From NCBI GenBank assembly GCA_001695645.1, contig LVZN01000011.1, forward strand, positions 1-32,000: a DNA stretch of 32,000 nt, given 5' to 3'. This stretch comes from Erysipelotrichaceae bacterium MTC7. GTDB lineage: Bacteria; Bacillota_I; Bacilli_A; Erysipelotrichales; Erysipelotrichaceae. The notes beneath the pieces were generated by a model. It saw only the letters and a list, made by a program, of their open reading frames with translations, did no database searches and was not told the DNA's origin. The translations under genes and the position numbers were made by a program. Of the stretch, positions 26,782 to 32,000 are shown piece by piece; within the stretch, counting starts at the first letter, position 1, and the number at the start of each line of letters is the position of its first letter.

Positions 26782-27564
26782 TTAATCCTCCCATTCATCA
26801 ACAACGTTTTGTTGAACTGCTGCAGGACTCTTTTGTTGTCCTGAACGAAGTAGAAATACCACCCATGCTATTGCAACCGCAATTGCTGTTACTGCTACCA
26901 TTGTTAATTCTGTATATGCTGCAATCACGAATCCAATAACAAAGAAAGGAATTAAATCTCTTTCCATGATAATGTTCATCAACAATGCAAATCCCATTGC
27001 AGGTAAGATTGAAGCAATTGCTTGTAATCCATTGTTTGCCCACTCAGGTAATCCATTAACGATACTGTTAATCGCATCATTTCCAAAGTACATTACGATG
27101 AATGTCAAACCAAAATACAACAAGAATGTAAAGAATCCACATAAGTAGTGAATACTAATTGCACCTTTTAAATTTCCTTCATCAATTTTACGATCAGCTA
27201 CAACCATCAATCCAGAGAATGCAGTTAATAGTAATGTGTTTAAGAATTGCATAATTACTGCAACTGGTAAAGCAAATACAATTGCTGCTTCTGCCCCTTT
27301 CCCAGTCATAATTGCTACTGCAGCTCCAATTGTACCCCCTGTACCAATATCGAGTTGAGCAGTTGGTCCAATTCCTGTTGCTCCCATCCACATCATTTGT
27401 AAAGCGGCACCAATCATTAATCCTTTTTCAACATCTCCAAGGATCATCCCTACTAGAAATCCGGTAATTACTGGTTCACGAAACTTCGCTTCACCAAGCC
27501 AACCACCTTCGAGTTGCGTCAATGCGGCCACACAACCAATTAATACTGCTTGAATTAGTGTCAT
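26782..27564 (-). CDS. PTS mannose-family EIIC
   Basis: N-terminus AVLIGCVAALTQLEG...REPVITGFLVGMILGD. Polytopic. RBS GAGGAGG. Confidence 0.9.
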   Translation of the reverse strand: MTLIQAVLIGCVAALTQLEGGWLGEAKFREPVITGFLVGMILGDVEKGLMIGAALQMMWMGATGIGPTAQLDIGTGGTIGAAVAIMTGKGAEAAIVFALPVAVIMQFLNTLLLTAFSGLMVVADRKIDEGNLKGAISIHYLCGFFTFLLYFGLTFIVMYFGNDAINSIVNGLPEWANNGLQAIASILPAMGFALLMNIIMERDLIPFFVIGFVIAAYTELTMVAVTAIAVAIAWVVFLLRSGQQKSPAAVQQNVVDEWED

Positions 27565-27603
27565 ACGTTTTCCTCCTCGTACATAACATGAAACACTGTG
27601 TTC

Positions 27604-27657
27604 ACAAATTGGTATATATTGGTATACCCTATATACCTTTGATAATTAATATATACC
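27604..27657. promoter_or_regulatory. Cluster of GGTATA/TATACC half-sites (candidate GntR/HutC operator) in the PTS leader
   Basis: ATTGGTATA occurs as a tandem repeat (27608-27616 and 27618-27626), followed by the palindrome GGTATACC (27621-27628) and TATACC at 27632 and 27652. The 14-mer ACAAATTGGTATAT (27604-27617) recurs at 29044. Confidence 0.45.
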
Positions 27658-27678
27658 ACTATTTTTATTATATGACAA
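27650..27678 (-). promoter_or_regulatory. Candidate promoter of the PTS operon
   Basis: The minus strand reads TTGTCA-17 nt-(TGg)TATATA. It lies downstream of the GntR terminator and overlaps one TATACC half-site. Confidence 0.35.
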
Positions 27679-27716
27679 GTAAAAATGTGAAATTTTTGTG
27701 ATTTTTAACGCAAATC

Positions 27717-27747
27717 ATAAAAAACCAGCTAGATTTCTCTAACTGGC
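27717..27747 (-). terminator. Rho-independent terminator after the GntR gene
   Basis: Minus strand CCAGTTAG-agaaat-CTAGCTGG (one mismatch) followed by a T6 run. Confidence 0.55.
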
Positions 27748-28490
27748 TATCGTGTTTCATTGTTTTTTGCTTTTCTTGTAACATACCGAAATGATGTATA
27801 TTCCGGTAAATGATAGGAAATGGTATACTCGATTAACCGATGGTCTTTATCAAACCCAAAGTAGTCAAATAAGAATACATTTCGTGGTTTTTCTTCATGA
27901 AATAGTGATACATACATATCTGGTATTTTTGCAATTTTCAAATAAGAAACAAGTTTGGAAGGACGATGTCCTTGTTCCTCCATATAATCATACAGAGACT
28001 CATCAACAAAATCAAAACGCTCTGCGTCTTTAAATAAATTACATGGAAAATATGCTTTTTGTAAGGCATAAGGATTTCCGTTGATAAGCGACAACCGTAC
28101 CAATTCGTATACAAATGCACTAGTTGGGAAGAAGTCATGCAATTCTTCTGTAGTTTTTATCTTTTGAAAAGATATAATTTCTCTTGATGGATGTAGACCT
28201 TTTTGGCGTATTTGACGCGTTAAACTAATAAGTTCATTTTCTCCAAGTTCAATCTTGCGGCTAACTACCGGAATCCCGCTGACAAAGGTTCCCCGACCTA
28301 CTTCAGCTGATAGTATACGCTCTTGTTCTAGCAGTTTTATTGCTTTTCTAACAGTCATGCGATTGATGCCGTATTGTACAGACATCATTCTTTCGCTTGG
28401 CAATCGATCGCCTAATGCAAGTTCACCATCCAATATCTTACTTTTAATATTATCGGCCAATTGCTCATATAACGTACTTGGTTTATTCAT
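27747..28490 (-). CDS. GntR/HutC-family regulator (wHTH + UTRA)
   Basis: N-terminal GntR wHTH (LPSERMMSVQYGINRMTVRKAIKLLEQE) and a C-terminal UTRA domain. 247 aa. Confidence 0.85.
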   Translation of the reverse strand: MNKPSTLYEQLADNIKSKILDGELALGDRLPSERMMSVQYGINRMTVRKAIKLLEQERILSAEVGRGTFVSGIPVVSRKIELGENELISLTRQIRQKGLHPSREIISFQKIKTTEELHDFFPTSAFVYELVRLSLINGNPYALQKAYFPCNLFKDAERFDFVDESLYDYMEEQGHRPSKLVSYLKIAKIPDMYVSLFHEEKPRNVFLFDYFGFDKDHRLIEYTISYHLPEYTSFRYVTRKAKNNETR

Positions 28491-29007
28491 ATGGCATCAC
28501 ACTCCGAAAGCGATAAAAACTCGGTATCGCAATTAACTCAAAATACTCTAGTGGTGAAACATCATTGTCTGTATATGCTTTCCCTTTAATGAGTAATACT
28601 TCATTATCATCTTCTTGCAGTTCTAGAATCTCTTTCTCTTCTTCATTGGCTTCAACAATGAAAATCTCTTCTTCGCTTTTTGTGCTTTCTAATCCGTAAA
28701 GTTCTTTAATTTTGTCATAAAATGATTGATCTGTAAAATCGTGTTTCTCTATCCCCGGTACTTTACGATAGTCGACATACGTCGTTTCAATGGATCGTGG
28801 TTTCCCTTCAACGATACGGATCTTCTTTAAGCAAAATACTTTTGATGCCAAGCTTAAACCCAACTGTTTACTAATCCGTCGATTGGCTTCTTGTACTTCA
28901 CATATAAGAATTTTATAAGAGAAATGTAATCCTTGCGCTCGTATAGCATGCGTTACAGAGGAAAACTTATCCAACTCTTTTACTATATGTACATCTTCCA
29001 TGTTCAT
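28483..29007 (-). CDS. Stand-alone UTRA-domain protein (HutC-type effector domain without an HTH)
   Basis: 174 aa that align in my reading to the UTRA half of HutC regulators (FSSVTHAIRAQG...IRIVEGKPRSIETTYVDY...PSFYRFRSV). AAGGAGG RBS lies 6 nt upstream. There is an 8-nt overlap (ATGAATAA) with the full-length GntR gene. Confidence 0.65.
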   Translation of the reverse strand: MNMEDVHIVKELDKFSSVTHAIRAQGLHFSYKILICEVQEANRRISKQLGLSLASKVFCLKKIRIVEGKPRSIETTYVDYRKVPGIEKHDFTDQSFYDKIKELYGLESTKSEEEIFIVEANEEEKEILELQEDDNEVLLIKGKAYTDNDVSPLEYFELIAIPSFYRFRSVMPYE

Positions 29008-29026
29008 AAATGCCTCCTTTTCTTTG

Positions 29027-29035
29027 ATTATATCA
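29027..29035 (-). promoter_or_regulatory. Candidate extended -10 promoter element of the regulator operon
   Basis: The minus strand reads TGaTATAAT. There is no good -35, and it sits just downstream of the operator-like repeats. Confidence 0.35.
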
Positions 29036-29043
29036 CGAACTTT

Positions 29044-29085
29044 ACAAATTGGTATATGTGTAAATATACTCTATACCAATATTGG
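29044..29085. promoter_or_regulatory. Candidate GntR/HutC operator (inverted ATTGGTATA repeats)
   Basis: ATTGGTATA (29048-29056), 15 nt, then TATACCAAT (29072-29080), plus the palindrome CCAATATTGG (29076-29085). It shares ACAAATTGGTATAT with the PTS leader. Confidence 0.45.
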
Positions 29086-29215
29086 ATATTTATAAAATTT
29101 ATGTGACAAGAACAAGTAATGTTGATACACTTTCCGGGTCACATAAAAGGATATAATTTTAAAAAAATGTTAATATAATATCGGAATGATTCTTAATTCC
29201 TAGGAGGGTATATAT

Positions 29216-29452
29216 ATGAATAGCAATAAAGCAGATAACTTAGTCACAATGATCGACGGATATGCACAAAGTGGTGGTCACCATTTAAATGTTAACGTGT
29301 TTAATCGTGAAACACTTTTAGATGCACAACAACATCCAGAAAAATATCCACAACTGACAATTCGTGTATCGGGATATGCAGTGAATTTCAATAAGTTGAG
29401 CAAAGAACAACAAGATGACGTTATTCACCGTACGATGCACAACGCCATGTAA
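29216..29452 (+). CDS. grcA: Autonomous glycyl-radical cofactor-like protein (short GrcA/YfiD homologue)
   Basis: [54 protein letters not shown] matches the C-terminal glycyl-radical domain of pyruvate formate-lyase/GrcA (RVSGYAV). RBS AGGAGGG. Confidence 0.8.
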   Translation: MNSNKADNLVTMIDGYAQSGGHHLNVNVFNRETLLDAQQHPEKYPQLTIRVSGYAVNFNKLSKEQQDDVIHRTMHNAM

Positions 29453-29464
29453 TCTATGTAAACT

Positions 29465-29491
29465 GTGTCCACAACTGTGGGCACTTTTTTT
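29465..29491 (+). terminator. Rho-independent terminator after the grcA-like gene
   Basis: GTGTCCAC-aact-GTGGGCAC (one G-U) followed by a T7 run. Confidence 0.6.
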
Positions 29492-29497
29492 ATAACA

Positions 29498-29540
29498 AAC
29501 ACCCTCTATTCGCACATCTTGCTTCCTAGAGGGTGTTTTA
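29498..29540. terminator. Large-loop hairpin between convergent genes
   Basis: AACACCCTCTA-18 nt-TAGAGGGTGTT with short T-runs on both sides. It could terminate the surface-protein gene. Confidence 0.35.
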
Positions 29541-29545
29541 TATCT

Positions 29546-32000
29546 TTATTTGTGGTGTTTTGTCTTTTTCATCAGTTCGTAGCTACCAACGATAGCTGCA
29601 CTTACCATAATTAGAATCAAAAGATTCATCGGATCGTTATGCACAAAACCAGTGATTGGTCCCGTACCAGGATCCACCGCGTCGTCATCAGGAGTCTTAG
29701 GTGTTTGTGGCACTTCAGGTGTCACTGTCCCAGGGGTTTCTCCTGGGTCAGGATTTGGCACATTCGGCTCAACTTGATTGGTTTCAACCGTATTCATAAT
29801 TTCCACAACACTGTCAGATGTGATTGTCACAAACGATGTGTCATAGTCATGTTCACCACTACCTGTATCAGCGGTATAACTTGTTTTGAATCCATCAGAT
29901 GGCACTTGAACAACCTTAACTTGATAATTTTCTGGAATGGATGTAATCACAATTGGTTCATCACTTGGTTTTAAAGTGAAGGTGATCATTCCATTTGCAT
30001 CAGCAATCACCACTTGTCCATTTGCTAAGGTAACATATCCGGTCACAGGGTTTCCAGTTTCATCTTTTAGATACACTTGGATGTTGTAGCTATGGTCAGT
30101 TAGTGTGGGATTGCTGCTATCTGTTACTTCAGCAATGGTTAATGTATGATTACTTACCACTGGAACATCTTTCCAGACTGCATCAATATGCAACACTTTG
30201 GCACCTGATATTTCCTGTAGAATAACTCCTTCTGGTAACGTATTTAAATTAAGTGTCTTTGTTACATCTACCCCAGGTTTGCTTGGGTCATTGTCTACTC
30301 GATACACAAATTTCACAAAGTCACTTCCTGGAAACTCAAATCCAACTTCCTTTATTGTAAGAATTGGTACGGTTGGCAACACTTCTTCTTCTGAATTTGT
30401 AACTGTATATGTAAACACTTGTGATTTTGTTGCTTCAAGAACTGCTGGATTTCGTCCATGATATTTCACAATGATGGTTTTTGTCGTAATTGTTTCCTCT
30501 TCATCAAAGTTAATGTCCCAACTGTTCAAAGGGCTTTTTTGATATGCTTCTGTCACTCCACTTTGATCTGGTGATACGCCAGCAACTTCAAGTGGGATGT
30601 ATTCTCGATATTTTTCAATGGCATTATTTGGTGTGAATTTAATATCTGCGATATTATTTGCAAACGTTGTATCTCCAGCAATGTGCATGCGTGTATACAT
30701 ATTGTAAACTTCACCATCTATTTCTACTTCTGGATTGACATAAATCGCGCCTCCATCACCTTTATTTTCTGCTGAAGTTTTTGAATAGTTAGTTGTTGCT
30801 GTATTGTTGGTAAACGAACTACTACCATCAATAGTTACACTAGTTGCGCTATCGATATACATCGCACCACCAAATTCTGCTTGACCACCATCAATAGAAA
30901 GACCGGTTGCTTTAAACACCGTATTCCCCGTGATGTAGATTCCTCCTCCATAGGTTGCATTTTCTGTACTTGCAGATATATCACCTGAAGTTAATGCACT
31001 TTCTAGCTTTGAATCATGTATCGTAAAGTTCGAATCAACAATCATCATCGCTCCACCTTTAAATCCGATAGCCGGTGCAAGATGTGTACTTTTATTGTCG
31101 ATGAATTTTGAGTTACTAATGCTCACATCTGATAATTTTGCATAAATGGATCCACCAGATCCGCTGGCATGCGCATCACTGGTTTGCAAACCATCAATGT
31201 CCATTGACGTATTGATTACATGGAAATCTCCACCAGAAAGTGATGAATTACTGTTTTCAATATTTATTTCTTTGATGCGAATCTGTGGAGTCGTTACTCC
31301 ACTACGATTCAAATCACTATTATCAATGTAGAATACTCCACCGTTTCCACTTGTTGCTATATTGGAAACCCTCATGTTTTCTAAACGAGCCGTAACATCC
31401 TTAAAGAAAAAAGCTCCATTGAAAGTTGCGGTTGTCGTATCTACAGTACTGTTTGCAATCTGGATATTATAGCTTCCAGCAGCAAGATCACTATACGACT
31501 TGCTATTGTCATAATAGATTGCAGAACCATGTCCACCATAGGTTGGAGTTGTTGCTTTTGTTTTGCGGAAACTCACCGTATCCAATTGAAGTTTTGCATT
31601 GTCATATGCTTCAATCGCTCCACCAAGCTTAGCGACTGTTTGATTGAACGTAACATTGTTTAATTCCAGTGATCCACCAGAGACATTTATCCCTCCGCTG
31701 TAGGAACTTGGGTCAGCAACATTGGCATCTCCAGTTAAAACGATTGTTCTATCACTTGTCCCAAGTAGATGTAAACTTCCGTTTTTCGTCACGTAAAAGT
31801 GTCGTTTTCCAGGTACGGCTTTTAGTGTCAAGTTGAGTGCATCGGAAGCGTTTCGTATACTCACATCATGGTCAATCGTAATCGTCTCTTGTATTGGATT
31901 ATAGAACATATCATTACTTGTAATTGCGATATTTTGTGCTCCAGATGCAACTGCATTTTTTAGTTCTTCATAACTTGCTACAGATACCTCTGCCGCTGCG
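29546..32000 (-). CDS. Large cell-surface beta-helix (Pmp-type repeat) protein, 5'-truncated by the window edge
   Basis: The frame stays open from 31910 to 32000 (translating ...ASYEELKNAVASGAQNIAITSND), so the listed Met is internal. It has repeated GGxIY/FxxN motifs (GGVFYIDNS, GGSIYAKLS, GGGIYITGN, GGAMYIDSA, GGAIYVNPE; FIDN, FTNN, FANN), a Cna-B/SpaA-like domain, a Pro/Thr-rich linker, and a C-terminal hydrophobic helix plus KKTKHHK. Confidence 0.8.
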   Translation of the reverse strand, partial: AAAEVSVASYEELKNAVASGAQNIAITSNDMFYNPIQETITIDHDVSIRNASDALNLTLKAVPGKRHFYVTKNGSLHLLGTSDRTIVLTGDANVADPSSYSGGINVSGGSLELNNVTFNQTVAKLGGAIEAYDNAKLQLDTVSFRKTKATTPTYGGHGSAIYYDNSKSYSDLAAGSYNIQIANSTVDTTTATFNGAFFFKDVTARLENMRVSNIATSGNGGVFYIDNSDLNRSGVTTPQIRIKEINIENSNSSLSGGDFHVINTSMDIDGLQTSDAHASGSGGSIYAKLSDVSISNSKFIDNKSTHLAPAIGFKGGAMMIVDSNFTIHDSKLESALTSGDISASTENATYGGGIYITGNTVFKATGLSIDGGQAEFGGAMYIDSATSVTIDGSSSFTNNTATTNYSKTSAENKGDGGAIYVNPEVEIDGEVYNMYTRMHIAGDTTFANNIADIKFTPNNAIEKYREYIPLEVAGVSPDQSGVTEAYQKSPLNSWDINFDEEETITTKTIIVKYHGRNPAVLEATKSQVFTYTVTNSEEEVLPTVPILTIKEVGFEFPGSDFVKFVYRVDNDPSKPGVDVTKTLNLNTLPEGVILQEISGAKVLHIDAVWKDVPVVSNHTLTIAEVTDSSNPTLTDHSYNIQVYLKDETGNPVTGYVTLANGQVVIADANGMITFTLKPSDEPIVITSIPENYQVKVVQVPSDGFKTSYTADTGSGEHDYDTSFVTITSDSVVEIMNTVETNQVEPNVPNPDPGETPGTVTPEVPQTPKTPDDDAVDPGTGPITGFVHNDPMNLLILIMVSAAIVGSYELMKKTKHHK

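Noticed and set aside
26798-27391. 81-aa and 65-aa minus-strand ORFs and a 60-aa + strand ORF inside the EIIC gene
   Set aside because: They are out of frame with or antisense to a gene with clear EIIC motifs. Their translations are Cys/Asn/Ser-rich artefacts.
29101-29144. ATGTGAC ... GTCACAT inverted repeat upstream of the grcA-like gene, considered as a CRP/FNR or Rex site
   Set aside because: The half-sites are 30 nt apart, whereas TGTGA-N6-TCACA or Rex-type spacing is required. It is possibly just a weak hairpin.
29639-30461. + strand ORFs (111 aa, 87 aa) antisense to the surface-protein gene
   Set aside because: They are antisense to a long ORF with a coherent repeat architecture, and they have no RBS.
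1-32000. Search for CRISPR arrays, IS/transposon ends, integrases, prophage genes, toxin-antitoxin pairs and known defence-system hallmarks
   Set aside because: I found no regularly spaced direct repeats, no transposase, recombinase or nuclease/helicase/ATPase ORFs outside uvrC/mutS2/ABC, and no flanking inverted repeats. I cannot support any such feature from the sequence.

Overview
This is a low-GC Gram-positive (Bacillota-like) chromosomal window. The assignment rests on AGGAGG-type ribosome-binding sites (RBS), lipoboxes and an RNase HIII/MutS2/CvpA cluster. The window is densely coding, with about 31 protein genes. I recognise no rRNA, tRNA, CRISPR array, transposase or integrase. Content from left to right: (1) an OmpR-type two-component system with a multi-TM kinase; (2) a lipoprotein / Imm5-like / lipoprotein cassette; (3) a GNAT-like gene; (4) uvrC-mutS2-cvpA with divergent rnhC; (5) a YxeA-family protein; (6) an NADH oxidase; (7) a znuA-znuC-znuB-zur zinc operon with a perfect 21-bp palindrome under a consensus promoter; (8) a SemiSWEET; (9) a DUF4234/DUF2752 membrane pair; (10) MarR plus a heterodimeric ABC exporter with one degenerate ATP site; (11) an eight-gene mannose-family PTS operon (IIC-IID-IIB-SIS-HAD-IIA-EamA-HAD); (12) a stand-alone UTRA-domain gene overlapping a full-length GntR/HutC gene; (13) a 78-aa GrcA-like glycyl-radical gene; (14) the 3' ~2.4 kb of a beta-helix surface protein that runs off the right edge. 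The items most worth a second look are the unusual PTS operon composition with its split regulator and shared ATTGGTATA operator-like repeats, the Imm5-like cassette, the miniature GrcA, a strongly RBS-preceded 32-codon ORF overlapping the kinase start, and about 570 nt of unassigned structured DNA at the left edge. I found no clear novel defence or mobile system. All functional calls come from motif recognition by eye; no database search, HMM scan or composition calculation was possible.
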